DNA of 62,998 nt, filler included, from Stramenopiles sp. TOSAG23-2 (taxonomy: Eukaryota), in assembly GCA_900128395.1 (NCBI GenBank). It is 11 parts of 11 records of this genome, joined end to end, with 100 filler letters (N's around TTAATTAATTAA, not from the genome) between each part and the next. Parts side by side here need not be neighbours in the genome. Positions count along the whole stretch, not along the records: positions 33,476 to 40,054 come from LT650439.1; positions 40,155 to 46,731 come from LT650440.1; positions 46,832 to 53,396 come from LT650441.1; 8 more parts are not named here. One strand, given 5' to 3'. A model generated the notes under the pieces. That model saw only the letters and a program-made list of their open reading frames with translations. It ran no database searches and had not been told where the DNA came from. Shown here one piece after another: positions 35,038-47,631 of this stretch; positions within the stretch are counted from its first letter, which is position 1, and every line of letters starts with the position of its first letter. Position numbers and translations under genes: made by a program.

Positions 35038-36569
35038 ATGAATAATAGTAATATAATATTCTTGATAACATGCATGATGATAATACATATATCCAATCAA
35101 TATCATCATACGATGATTTTTGCAACGAAAGATTGTATCAAAACCGACAATCCAAATAATGATATACATAAATATCAACAACAACAACATTTCACATTAC
35201 ATGGGGAAGATGTATTTTTTAAACATAAACAAGCAAAAGTGCGAACGTCACCGAATTGTTTGTTTCCTCAATATGATGCTAAATTAAAACAATGGGATCA
35301 TGGAGGTTTTTGTTTAGAAGAAACAATGACAGGTGGTGCATGTGTTGGAAAAATTATAGATCCAAATAGCAATTTATATGATATATATTTCCCAAGAATG
35401 GATGGTCCTGATAAAATTTATCATTATAACACGACACATTTCATTGATTTAGCAATAGTAGATATGTACATCGTCATATGGAATTTACAAAAAATAAAAA
35501 TGATTTTAATCAATATATGTATTTAAAGCTAAGTGGAAACATAGTTGCGCAACGTTCCATTTTAAGTTTAATAGTACAACCAAAATATCAAATGAAAAAT
35601 AATACTGATAATATCCTTTACCAAGAAGAAGAGACATTAATTGATATTGTTGTATCTGGAACTGAAATTGAAAAACCTATTTTAAAACGAAATCAATATA
35701 CTTGGAAAAGTATTGCTAAATCTAAACAAATATTTAATCGTTTATTACGTGGTATTGAAAATACTAAGGAAAATCGAGGTGCAATGGTTTTTGATTTTGA
35801 TTCTGATGGAGATTTAGATGTTTTTGTTGTAAATCATGCAGAGAAACCATCATTATATAGAAACGATGGGGGTAATTATTATGATTACATCCGTGTCGAA
35901 GTAAAAGAAGTATGTGGGCGTGATTCAATTGGAGCAAAAGTATATTTGTTATTAGATAAACCTAATGATGGTGGTGATGATACATCAGTCATAAATGAAC
36001 AAATTCGAGAAATTGGTAATTCTGCAGCATTTCTAGGACAAAGTGAAGCCGTTGCACATTTTGGTTTAGGACTTAGGCGTGATCCTGTATACAGGATACG
36101 AATAATTTGGCCAAAAATTAATAACCAACCAACAATAGTTCAATCAATTTATGAAATCCCAGTTCGTTCACATTTAATACTTTATCGTAATAATAGTATG
36201 CATAATACTGTGTCATCAAATAAAAAAGAACAACAGTCATCATATTATTATGAAACGAATGCAATAGATTTAGAAATATGTACAAGACGGTATGATGGTA
36301 ATCAAAACGTAGAAACTAATATTGAAGTGAAGGATAGTGATGTACTATCCGCAGCTTCATTGCCCACAGCTACTACTAGTAGTGTAAATAACAATTCAAC
36401 AAAATTATTTATCCATAAACTGCGTCAACGTTTTCAAAAGGCTACGAATTTTTTCTTACAGAAAATGGAAGATATTGATCATATTTTAGGAAAAAAAGAA
36501 GATTTAAAATTAAGTGATAATAAATTTATTGAAATGTTAGAACAAAAATATCCAATGATGAGAGTATAG
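35038..36569 (+). CDS. Secreted CRTAC1-like protein (FG-GAP + ASPIC/UnbV), split into two overlapping ORFs
   Basis: Signal peptide in ORF 1; FDFDSDGDLDVFVVN, LYRNDG, RDSIGAKV, FLGQSEAVAHFGLG, IRIIWP in ORF 2. Confidence 0.75.
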
Positions 36570-37257
36570 ATGAATAAATGTCTAATATTGATGGCACCGA
36601 CAAATGGAAAAAATCTAAATAATAGTAATTTTTTGTTGGAGTGTGTCTCCTATTTTGTAAACAGAGATGACGATTATAACTGTATAGGACTGAAGTAAAT
36701 ATATATATATAATATGTACGTATGTTTTTATTCAAAAATAATTTGGATTTATATTATGTGTTGGGTGTGGGTGAAGAAAACCAATCAATTTATATATATT
36801 TATAGCACCATATGCATAAACAGATGTACTTACAGATTACAGATGTATAATATAATTTACACATTCTCGAGCGTAAAATATATATGAAGAAATAAAATTA
36901 GCTGGTGTGAAATCAGGAAAAATGCGTATAAATATTTGATTTTTTTCGAACATCTATATTGTGATACTGTATGTATACTACTACAGTAATATATTTATGA
37001 TAGAATCTGTGCTCCCTGGCTGTATAAAATATCATAGTTTTTTTTCGGAAATGTTATAATATACGAGTATATCATATTACATATTTAAAATGGAAAATAA
37101 GGCCCGCTCTCTGGACTGGCTAGCATTTTAATTTTGGTGTGGCGATGATGCGATGATTGTTGTATGAATGAAGTGAAGAGTTAAGGTGCTAAGTGGTATA
37201 AATTAAAATATAATCATATCAAATATCATACCAATCAAAAGGGAAAAAATGGAGAAA

Positions 37258-40054
37258 TCAACCTGTACCGCCTGCATGCCTTGCACCTATTTTAAGTATC
37301 TTTTCCTCAATAGATTTTTCTTTTAACCCTTGTCTTGTAATTGCAAGAACTTTTTTCATTCGATCATTGACTACCCATTTTGAAATATCGTGCCCTTTAC
37401 GTCCAGGTGTATGCCGAGGAACTATAACTGCTATAAATGCATCTCGCAGTAATTGCCCAACTTCCATATCATAAACAACCTCATCCACAGATGTACGAGT
37501 ACATTTTGCTAGTACATCTGCCGGAGTAGCATCAATATATGCTTGTGCGCATGCTCTACGATTCTCCAGTGTCGGATAACGCGTTTTACCCGGGTTATCT
37601 TCATTACGGGATGCAAGATATCCGCCTAAATCATGCCCAGCTTGCATTAAACAACATCGACCAAAATCTACAAATACTAAATCTCCTGGCTTATCATTTT
37701 CATGTCTTCTTAAAATATTACCATCATGAAGATCATTATGGGCAACAACGACTCTACCCATCAATGAGTTAGGTGATAGCGATTCAATTACCTCTGGTAA
37801 AATTTGACAAATGTGTCGCAAATTATTAACTTGAGCGACTCTATAAAGTAGTACCGCCTCATCCGAGCGACTGTGATTTTCAACAGCTTTTATCATACGT
37901 GGGCTTAATTTGTTTTTTAGCTCATGAAATGGGTTTCGATTATTTGTACATTTTTCATACCATTGCTCATTCGTTGTTGCATGTAGCATACCTACTGCTC
38001 TACCATACGCTGCTGCATCTTCCTTCGTATCAAATACGGGACATGTACCCTTTCCCCGTGACCTAAAGTCTTTACCATGTAAATATTCCAATACAGCACA
38101 ATCTGGTATAAGATCTATTTTATGGCTTTCAGGATGTGTATGAAAATCCGGAAAGTACTGGGAGTCTCTCATTCGTGTATGCGCCATGTAACCAACATGA
38201 TTAAAGGTTCCTGGTTGAAGAAGTTTTCCCCTTTCAGAGTTTGGTTCAACATCAATACGAATGCAAACTATATTAGGCGATAATACAACGTTGCCTGGAC
38301 TTGTAACGTTACCGGCAATTTTTTTGCGCTGAACTTTATAAATTTTTGATCCAGACTTACCACCATGAACAATTTCAACGCTTTCCATTTTATTTTTCAT
38401 ATCCCAATCTTCCACTATTGATTTGCATATATCAAATATAAAGTCTTTATCTCCATTCAAAAGAAATTTGTGTATTTTTTGTGCTGCTTTTTCGTCTCGA
38501 TCTACATAACTTTCGAATAAAGCGAGTCTTTCCTCATCAAGGATATGAGATTCCATTTCGATATCTCCACGTTTTCCACCTTTTAAACGTATAAGATCAA
38601 TGATCTCTTGTTGGATTGGACTTTTACTAAGATATGCCAAGTCCAGGGGCGTGAACCTGGTCCCCGACTTGCCACTGGTCTTCTTATTAATGCTATTAAG
38701 AGACATATGAGTTAACAACAATTGAATCAACTCAGTAGTCCTTTTGTGATGAATTGCTGCTAAATGTAATACGTTCCATCCATGCTTATCTGCAATATTA
38801 GGATCAGCTTCACCTTGTTCAAGTAAATATTGAACTAGTTGGAAATGTTCGCTCCCTGCAGCTGCTACTAAAGGTGTACATTTCTTACCATTACTAGCTT
38901 TACCGACTTGATTCACATATTCTTTCAATGTCATATTATTATTACCATTACTATCATTCACATCATGATGGCCTGCAATCAATAATTTCACATCCTCAAA
39001 CCGTTTTTTTTCACATGCACATACTAATGGCGTACCGCGTGGAAATTCTAGATAATATTTCTTTTCTAATTTAGATGCATTAATGATCTCAAGTAAATAC
39101 TCTGCTATTTTGGAATGTTTGCTCTCTACAGCTATCATTAAAGGTGTATACCAATCATAACCTTCACTAGATTTACCGACTTGATTTACCATTTCATTCA
39201 ATGTCATATTATTATTGTCATTACTATCATTCACATCATGATGGCCTGTAATCAATAATTTCACATCCTCAAAACGTCCTTTTTCACATGCAACTACTAA
39301 TGGTGTACCATATGGAAATGCTTTCATATACACTTCAGTCAATGTGTTTGTATCAAGTGTTACTCCATCTAGCAAAATGGAGAATAGATAATCAATAATG
39401 ATTTGGTCTGTTGCGGCCATTAATGGTGTCTTCTCACAACCACTACTATCATAACCGACTTGACTCACATATTCTTTCAATGTCATAGTATTATTACCAT
39501 CACTACTATTCACATCATGACCTGTAATCAATAATTTCACATCATCAAAACGTCTGTATTGACATGCACATACTAATGGTATACCTTTTGGATATACTTC
39601 TTTGTATAAAGTGTGCAATGTTTTAGCATCGCTAGCTCCATCTAAAGCAACTGCTAAACGAATCTCTTCTGCTCGTTTCCCACCTTTTGAACGAATTAAT
39701 TCAATGATCTTTTGTTGACTTGGACTTTTATTATGATTATATGCAACGTCCAGGGGAGTCTCCCCGGACCTGGCCTTCTTATTAATGCTAGCAACACTCA
39801 TATTATTCAGTAATAGTTCAACCGTATTTGTTCTGATGTTCTTCCATGCTGCTAAATGTAATGCATTCGATCCAGTACTACGTGCAATATTAGGATCAGC
39901 TTCACCTTGTTCAATCAAATATTTAACTATGTGGAAATGTTCGTTCGATGCAGCTGCCATTAAAGGTGTACCGTCAATACCATAACTATCTGCACCGAGT
40001 TGATTCACCATTTCTTTCAATGTCATATTACCTTCTTTCACGCCGTTCATCTCA
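37258..40054 (-). CDS. Ankyrin-repeat protein with C-terminal choline/ethanolamine-kinase-like (APH fold) domain; 5'-truncated
   Basis: GTPLVCAC/TPLMAA/NALHLAA repeats; VVAHNDLHDGNIL, FVDFG, YPTLENRRACAQAY. Confidence 0.85.
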
Positions 40055-40694
40055 NNNNNNNNNNNNNNNNNNNNNNNNNNNNNNNNNNNNNNNNNNNNTT
40101 AATTAATTAANNNNNNNNNNNNNNNNNNNNNNNNNNNNNNNNNNNNNNNNNNNNGGGATATTGTTAAATTTAAACCACGGATAATATTTTGCAGCAGGCG
40201 GATGGCGTTTGTAAAATTTACGTATGATATATCCTTTGGATATACGAAGTAATACATTATATTATGTATGTATAAGTATAAGAGTCTGACGACGCAGACT
40301 ATAAAGTATATAAGTATAAATAGTAATTACCTTAAAAATTTTATGACCAAAATTATTTTAAAAATATTCTAGGCCTCACACAACATTTGATAGGGAAATA
40401 TACCATATAAGCATAGATAATGGTACTCTAAAGAAACCCTGTGGCCTTTGCCCTCTCCCAAACTAAACGTTATAGACGTTGTGTTATTAGAAACAATATA
40501 TAAGTTAAGAAATTGATAAAAATAAATAAAAAATAGAAAGGTGGTTATTACATAGATACCTCTTTCATAAGTACTATTGTTTAACATAGATTGATCATTC
40601 TCTTCTTCTTTTTATGATATAACTTATTGAAATACGTGTATGAATTTGATCGAATCATAAGATTTATATAGAGAGAATTGAAATAAAAAATAAT

Positions 40695-42737
40695 ATGGAT
40701 ATTATACCGGATGGTATATTGCCAACAAAAGCACCACGTGTTTGGAGTGGATGGTTATTTAAAAAGTGTAAAAATCAACACTCAAGATGGGTTAAACGTT
40801 ATTTTCGTTTAGAGCTTGTTAAATTATATTATTCAAAAAATGATACAAGTAAATTACGAAAAGATATAGATTTAGACGGTTGTGAAATTATAGATGAAAA
40901 ACATAAAAAATATCCATTTTACTTTAAAATACAATACAAAGACCCAAATAGACGTGATTATGAACTATATGCAGAAAGTTTACTTGCAAAACGAGGTTGG
41001 ATCTCAGTTTTAAACGCCGCAATTCGACGAATGGATAAACCTGATATATTTAGTAAATCAGTAGGTTCATCTTTTGATGAGATTAATTCTTTTGATGAGA
41101 CTGATTCTTCATATCGTTCTAGTATGAATAGTACAACGGATGGAGAAACATCTTCATATTTAGATAGAACATATGATGATGACTATAACGACGATATTGC
41201 AAAAAAAGATGATGATGATGATGATGACGACGAAGAAAAGAATGACGACAACAAGAACACCGATGATGATGATGATGATGGTGACGACGAAGATGATGAA
41301 TTTGAGGATGATAATGATGAGGATGAAGAAATTGACAGCAAGTTTACAAAAATTGGGAAAGAACAATATAAAAGAAAGGATAACAATAACAATAATAATA
41401 TAAAAGTCAATCTTGGAGAAAATAGTAGTATGGCATCATCCTTTGGTGGAGGTCAATCATCAATACATTCTCCAGCTTCCTCTACAGGCTTCGAAGATGT
41501 TATAGAAGATAATATTGCAGAGACACCCTTTACATCAATTTCGATGAAAAAACAAATGATAGATGAAAATAAAGAAAAAAATCACAAAGGGAAATATTTG
41601 AATTCCCCGTCATCAAATGAAACGTACATTGAACCGCACAAAAATAGTCAAAAAAAGATTGCAAATTATAGTAATAATAAAAATAATATTAAATTAGCAA
41701 AAATTAAACAAAAAAATAAAATAGATACAAACAAAGATATACAAAGTAATGAGACAAATGGCGACTTACGACAAGTAGAAGAAAAATTAAAATTAGATTT
41801 GAAAATACAAGAAATGCAATTTTCTTTACAAAAAGAATGGGCAACGCGTGAAGCAACATTAAATGACGAAATCATTAAATTGAAAAGAATGCTTGTTGAT
41901 GAAGACAACAATGGTACTGATACTGATAATAATATGAATGATTACAATGATAGATTAAAAAATACTGATGATATTATGATTAAAAACAACCATGACGATT
42001 CACGAAGGATGAATAGAAGTGATATTGCTAATAATAACAACGAGAACTTAGCAGAAAATTATATTAAGAAAAAATTATATAATGGGCAACAGCAGCACGA
42101 TGAAAAAACTTTGATTAAATCGTTTTTACAACGTGTATCCCCGCAACAAGGTAAAAGTAGAAGGTTGGCGGCAGAATATGGCAATCGCGTCCGTCCTCGC
42201 CCAAAAAAGTATGGCAGAAGAAACAATGGTTATGAAAATCCTAGTGTTAAAAATAAAAGAAGTAGAAAACGTCGTACAAAGCGACGACCACCTTCCACAT
42301 CAGGTATAATTGTATCGGTAAGACGAGCTAGAACATCCGATAATATGAACATACCATTAAATACATTGCGTAGAGCAAGAAAAACTAGACGTAAAGTATC
42401 ATATATGAGATATAAAAATGATGCACCAAAAATCAAAGGGCAAAGAGATGCATTGTATGGAAGTAAAACAAAATATTTTGGACAAAGATTAAAAAAATAC
42501 GATTTAGAAAAAACGAAGATGTTAGCTAATGGTGAGGAACAACAATCGTATCCCACGTTAGAATACGACGATACATACAATGATGATAATTATGATAATA
42601 ATTATAATAGCAATCTTCTTTATACAAGAAGTAATATATTGAATAATACAAACAATCTAGATGTCACCATGTTAATAGAAAAACAATCACAAATAGATCA
42701 AATGAATTTAGACTTAGGTTTGTCATTCCATCATTGA
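40695..42737 (+). CDS. PH-domain protein with acidic and coiled-coil regions
   Basis: SGWLFKK...WVKRYFRL...LYYSK...YELYAES...WISVL. Confidence 0.85.
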   Translation: MDIIPDGILPTKAPRVWSGWLFKKCKNQHSRWVKRYFRLELVKLYYSKNDTSKLRKDIDLDGCEIIDEKHKKYPFYFKIQYKDPNRRDYELYAESLLAKRGWISVLNAAIRRMDKPDIFSKSVGSSFDEINSFDETDSSYRSSMNSTTDGETSSYLDRTYDDDYNDDIAKKDDDDDDDDEEKNDDNKNTDDDDDDGDDEDDEFEDDNDEDEEIDSKFTKIGKEQYKRKDNNNNNNIKVNLGENSSMASSFGGGQSSIHSPASSTGFEDVIEDNIAETPFTSISMKKQMIDENKEKNHKGKYLNSPSSNETYIEPHKNSQKKIANYSNNKNNIKLAKIKQKNKIDTNKDIQSNETNGDLRQVEEKLKLDLKIQEMQFSLQKEWATREATLNDEIIKLKRMLVDEDNNGTDTDNNMNDYNDRLKNTDDIMIKNNHDDSRRMNRSDIANNNNENLAENYIKKKLYNGQQQHDEKTLIKSFLQRVSPQQGKSRRLAAEYGNRVRPRPKKYGRRNNGYENPSVKNKRSRKRRTKRRPPSTSGIIVSVRRARTSDNMNIPLNTLRRARKTRRKVSYMRYKNDAPKIKGQRDALYGSKTKYFGQRLKKYDLEKTKMLANGEEQQSYPTLEYDDTYNDDNYDNNYNSNLLYTRSNILNNTNNLDVTMLIEKQSQIDQMNLDLGLSFHH

Positions 42738-43305
42738 AAAATTTAAGTATTATATTATATATATATAATATATAATAGAAAGAAAAGAATGTGTTGGGAT
42801 AATGTTTGTGTGTGCATATATATATGTATATACACAATATCATAATTATTATGTATGCGTGTGTGTAATACGTAAAAATTGTATGTAGTACTCCCGCACT
42901 CGCATGAGTGTGTAATTTACAAAAAAATATTTAATATTTTTTGTTTTTTTTTTGTTTACGGTGCTTTTTCCCACATTTTACTCCCTATAAGTATACCAAT
43001 AATATACTAAATTTTCCCTATATAATTATTTTTTTGTTTTTAATAAGAAGCTTCCGGAAAAAAAAAGCTGGAATTATGAAAATATGCAAATAACAGGTAC
43101 ATACTATTGTTGAGAAGAAAACAAACACAATATTGTGTTGGGTAAAAATGCCATAGATATATATGTACATCGCACTATCACAGAATGTAACAAATATAAA
43201 AAAAACAAAACAAAAAACACATAAAAGTAAATAAGAACAAGTATCTACCATCATATATATATTTAGTATAAAATTCAAATAAAGTGTGAAAATTCAAATA
43301 AAAAC

Positions 43306-45084
43306 ATGATGAAAATACTAGTATTTATTTATTTCATAATCGTACCATTTACCATGGCCAATGAATATATTTTAGATGGTAAATGGAACGTTGAATGTGA
43401 ATCAAGTGAGCACAATTGGGTGACTTTCGATATAAAAACACATGAAGTTATATTACGTTCCAAAAATGGCTTCAATAAGGTGTATATACGGATGATTGAC
43501 TTGAATATGACAGATTTTAATGGTAACTATGTGATACGAAAATACAACAATGCTATGGGCCAATATACGGGTGACTATTATTACTATCAAGACATAAGAG
43601 GGGAAGGTGGCCACAGTGAGCAAGAATATTTATATGTAAGTGTAATAACTGGTATTGTGATTCATGGAGTCACCAGAGGAAATGTCACCCATACACACGC
43701 AGTTACAATGACTTCCATTACAACTGGATTATCATCAGAGGAGACTGTAAATGGAATAAAATCGGAACAAACATCTACGTCACCAGCAGTGGAAACAACA
43801 ACGACGAAGCAACCAGTATTTTTATTACCGACAACAACAACATTTTCTGAAATGAAAAGTACAACTGGACATGAAGCTGATGCAACAACAACAACTACAA
43901 CAACTACTACTACATCGTCGAGAACGATAGCAACAACTGCTGCTGCTACAACTACTACTATTGCAATATCAAAAGCAACAGTAACTACTACAACTCCAGT
44001 CCCGCCATCGCCATTAACAACGACATCGCCATTAACAACGACATCGCCATCACCACCACTACAAGCAACAACAACGACACCAACAAAATCAATTCCGATC
44101 ACGTCTACAATGATAAAACAAACAACTACTGATGTAAAACAAGATGAGACTCCATTTACAACGATAGCAAGTAAAGCAGTTACAACAACAACAGCAACAG
44201 CAGCAGCAACAACATCAATGGCGACAACTAGAAGTTATGTTATGGATCCAATCTATACAAGCCCATTGCCTGTAAATGATACAACAATTGAAAAAAATTT
44301 ATCAGATATTGACATTCTTGGTAATAATATGACAACTTTAACGAGTTTACAACGAGGGATAAAGGTTCATGTCATAAAAATGGATACTTTTCTTCTAGCT
44401 TTATTCTGCGTGATAATTGCCGTTTTCTTACTGTTTATAATAATACGAAATACTACAATCATGAGTAAAAAAATAAAATTTGTAAAACAAATTGTATTGA
44501 AGAAAGTTGGAGTACTCAATTCTTCCACACAAGTGTTACCATTGCCGTTGCATCAAGTTGAAAGAGAAAGAAGCATGATAAATACGTTGAGCAATAACAA
44601 TAAGAGTACAGGTAGTTGTAATGACGAAGAAAATGAAATACGCGTTGGAAGAAGTACTAGTTCTACTCTTGCATTTGCTGGTAAAAGTAGTAGCGACGGA
44701 GTGAATTTTTATTCAACAACAGCAGCAGCAGCGACAAATAATGATACATTAGAATCAATGGAGAATAACAATGATGATGGATATGATGATATTGAAAGTA
44801 ATAATAATAGAAAATTATACATCACATCCGAGGATGAAAATCAAGAAGAAAGACAATCTTTATTGATTGGTGATATTATGTTGGAAGAGAAAAAAATACG
44901 ACAAAGATCATGTTTACCACTCAAGAGAAAATATAATCAAGAAGTCCACCCAGTGCATTTACGTAAACAACATATTCGCAAAAGAAGTTTTCATGTTTGT
45001 AATAATATGTTGTATAATTTATTGTACCATAAGGTTCAGAAACATAGTAATAAAGCAGATTATCACAATAGACAAACTATTTGA
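43306..45084 (+). CDS. Mucin-like Thr-rich single-pass membrane protein
   Basis: Signal peptide, long T/P stalk, TM FLLALFCVIIAVFLLFIII. Confidence 0.8.
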   Translation: MMKILVFIYFIIVPFTMANEYILDGKWNVECESSEHNWVTFDIKTHEVILRSKNGFNKVYIRMIDLNMTDFNGNYVIRKYNNAMGQYTGDYYYYQDIRGEGGHSEQEYLYVSVITGIVIHGVTRGNVTHTHAVTMTSITTGLSSEETVNGIKSEQTSTSPAVETTTTKQPVFLLPTTTTFSEMKSTTGHEADATTTTTTTTTTSSRTIATTAAATTTTIAISKATVTTTTPVPPSPLTTTSPLTTTSPSPPLQATTTTPTKSIPITSTMIKQTTTDVKQDETPFTTIASKAVTTTTATAAATTSMATTRSYVMDPIYTSPLPVNDTTIEKNLSDIDILGNNMTTLTSLQRGIKVHVIKMDTFLLALFCVIIAVFLLFIIIRNTTIMSKKIKFVKQIVLKKVGVLNSSTQVLPLPLHQVERERSMINTLSNNNKSTGSCNDEENEIRVGRSTSSTLAFAGKSSSDGVNFYSTTAAAATNNDTLESMENNNDDGYDDIESNNNRKLYITSEDENQEERQSLLIGDIMLEEKKIRQRSCLPLKRKYNQEVHPVHLRKQHIRKRSFHVCNNMLYNLLYHKVQKHSNKADYHNRQTI

Positions 45085-45220
45085 GATTCAGAATTACCAC
45101 TGGTGGTAGGGTACAAATGATAAAATATCTCTGTCCTCTCTTCTTCTTGAGTAAAATACGACCGTAGACACATGAATTTCAAAATATATACTGATAAATA
45201 ATATTAATTTTTTTTTACAT

Positions 45221-45544
45221 TTACGTTGTATTATTTTGTGATACTTCTTTTGTTAGCATTTCATAAATTGCAAGTTTCGTCCTTTTTTCTAATTCTTGTA
45301 ATTTTGATTCAAGTCCTTTCTTCAAATCACCATTCATTTCTCTAGGAGCTAAACGTATAGATTCTTCTTCTTTATATGGTTCTGATAAATCCATTTCTAT
45401 GTTACTATTATCATTATTATTATTATTATTATCTACATTATAGTTATTTCCATTAAAAATGATGGTTGTTTCCGGTATTTCACTTTGCGGTTTATAATTT
45501 CTAAAACGCAATATTTTCGTTTTCACATCATTGTTTTTTGCCAT
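45221..45544 (-). CDS. CCDC12: Splicing factor Cwf18/CCDC12
   Basis: LRFRNYKP...LAPREMNGDLKKGLESKLQELEKRTKLAI. Confidence 0.8.
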   Translation of the reverse strand: MAKNNDVKTKILRFRNYKPQSEIPETTIIFNGNNYNVDNNNNNNDNSNIEMDLSEPYKEEESIRLAPREMNGDLKKGLESKLQELEKRTKLAIYEMLTKEVSQNNTT

Positions 45545-45723
45545 CTTGTCATAAAATAAACAAATATATATATATATATACGTTGTAATTTGAAATTTAT
45601 GTTGTCATATATAGCATCTCTCCCTCTCTTTCCTTCTGCAAAACTTGTATACAATAAATATATTTATTTCCATTCATCAATCAATAATTCCAATATCTAC
45701 TACATTAATTTTAAAATGAGGAC

Positions 45724-46660
45724 AATTTAGGCACAGAATTCTGTGCCTAAATTCAGATGAGATTTATCTTTAACATATCAATAGCATTGTATTTGTTTGA
45801 CGTACTTGTTACAGTACTTTTTCAACTTTAAATTTTAAAATGAGGACAATTTAGGCACAGAATTCTGTGCCTAAATTCAGATTAGATTTATCTTTAACAT
45901 ATCAATAGCATTGTATTTGTTTGACGTACTTGTTACAGTACTTTTTCAACTTTAAAAGTTTGTACTTTTTCAACTTTAAATTTTGTTTTAGTATTTTTAT
46001 ACTTATTAGACTATATGTATATGATAGGAAGTAATATAACTTGGCCTTTATTTTCTTAATAATAGTACTGTAAGCGAAAATGACACCTTATTCACGCCAC
46101 ATACGTAAATTACACACACTCATAAGTATCGTAGATATTATATTTCTACGTATGAGCAAGCAATAAAAATTGGAGAATAGATCAATTATATACCATTGAA
46201 ATTAGTTTGACATGGAGCCACATACCGTTTGGTCATAATCGCGCTCGACGTTATATTTATAATGAGATAAGGCACTTCAGAGAGGTAAAAAAGAGCTTAA
46301 TTTTTCATACAAATATCACAAAATAGCATCGTGTGAGAACAAAAAATTACAAATATTGTATTGTATGGCAGAGAGTATTTCTAATACATATAGATATTAT
46401 ATCGACAGTGTTATTTTATACATTTGAATCTATTTAATATCAATTCAGGACATATATTGAAGATGTGTTGCATCATTATAGTGCTATGTTCATTGTATGC
46501 GATTCCTAGAAAAGTATTTTGCAAGATTCAAGGGATTGACATGGTTAGGATTAGGGTCTTGGGCTATTTTCAATGCTGTGTTCATGCTTTGAATTTAGGC
46601 ACAGTTTCCGTGCCTAAATTAGAAAAAATTTTAACATTATATTAATGCTATCCCATGCTA
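45724..46660 (-). mobile_element. Non-coding dispersed repeat, copy B, with taggcac/gtgccta palindromes
   Basis: Homologous to 17593-18487; perfect 30-bp palindrome at 45724 (duplicated at 45848) and a variant at 46592. Confidence 0.7.
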
Positions 46661-47100
46661 GCCTATCAACAAAAATAGGTGAATAGAGTTAGCAAAATAA
46701 CTAATCAAGCCTGTGTCATTGTAGCTACCCTNNNNNNNNNNNNNNNNNNNNNNNNNNNNNNNNNNNNNNNNNNNNTTAATTAATTAANNNNNNNNNNNNN
46801 NNNNNNNNNNNNNNNNNNNNNNNNNNNNNNNTTTTCTTCTCTCCTTTTCTTCCCCAGCCCGACATTCAAAATATGAGCCTTTTTTTCTCCTTGAGTAATT
46901 TACTAGGCGGCTGGTACAGTACAGTAGGGTTATACTTGAGAACGACGACGTTGAACGTTAAAATAATATTTGTACACATTTGTTGCACATTTATTAATTA
47001 TATAAAACATATAAAACATAATCATGTACACAACAAGCGCATGCATATACACACATGCATTTATATAAAAACATAATATATATATATATACAGCAAAAAC

Positions 47101-47538
47101 ATGCCGAAAAGAAATTTCAAAACATATACAAAGCGCCATAATATTGCGTCGGAAGATCAAAACGATGCGTTATGGTGGGCAGCTGCGGAAGGTCAATTAA
47201 AATTAGTCGAAGGTGCATTAAAAAAAGGTTGGTCTTTAAAAAGGGATCCATTTGAGGTAGAAAAAGACGATCCATATGCAGGAATAGAATATCAACGAGA
47301 TTGGTCGGATCCAAATTATGAACATTTTCCTCAAGAAACATATGGTTCAACTGCACTTCATAGAGCAGCTATTTTTGATAATGGTGAAAATACAGAAAAA
47401 ATATGTAAAATATTAATAGATGCAGGATGGAATGCTGCACATAAAGATAAAGATAATTATACACCAGCAGATGATGCATATGCAGTTGGACATGTAAAAT
47501 TAGCATTGTACATACGATCGAAGCAAGATAGAGAGTAA
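47101..47538 (+). CDS. Small ankyrin-repeat protein
   Basis: ALWWAAAEG, YGSTALHRAA, DKDNYTPAD. Confidence 0.85.
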   Translation: MPKRNFKTYTKRHNIASEDQNDALWWAAAEGQLKLVEGALKKGWSLKRDPFEVEKDDPYAGIEYQRDWSDPNYEHFPQETYGSTALHRAAIFDNGENTEKICKILIDAGWNAAHKDKDNYTPADDAYAVGHVKLALYIRSKQDRE

Positions 47539-47559
47539 AAAATAAAAGAGAAGTTTTTT

Positions 47560-47598
<39 letters not shown>

Positions 47599-47631
47599 AA
47601 TATTATGTGGTGTGAATTATAATTTTTTTTT

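Noticed and set aside
41160-41410. Poly-Met/Ile/Leu/Ser ORFs here and at 14888-15564, 48611-49418 and 55772-56308
   Set aside because: Alternative frames of AAT/GAT trinucleotide runs inside real genes
46543-46563. True telomere
   Set aside because: Only 2-3 degenerate TTAGGG-like units, internal to the contig
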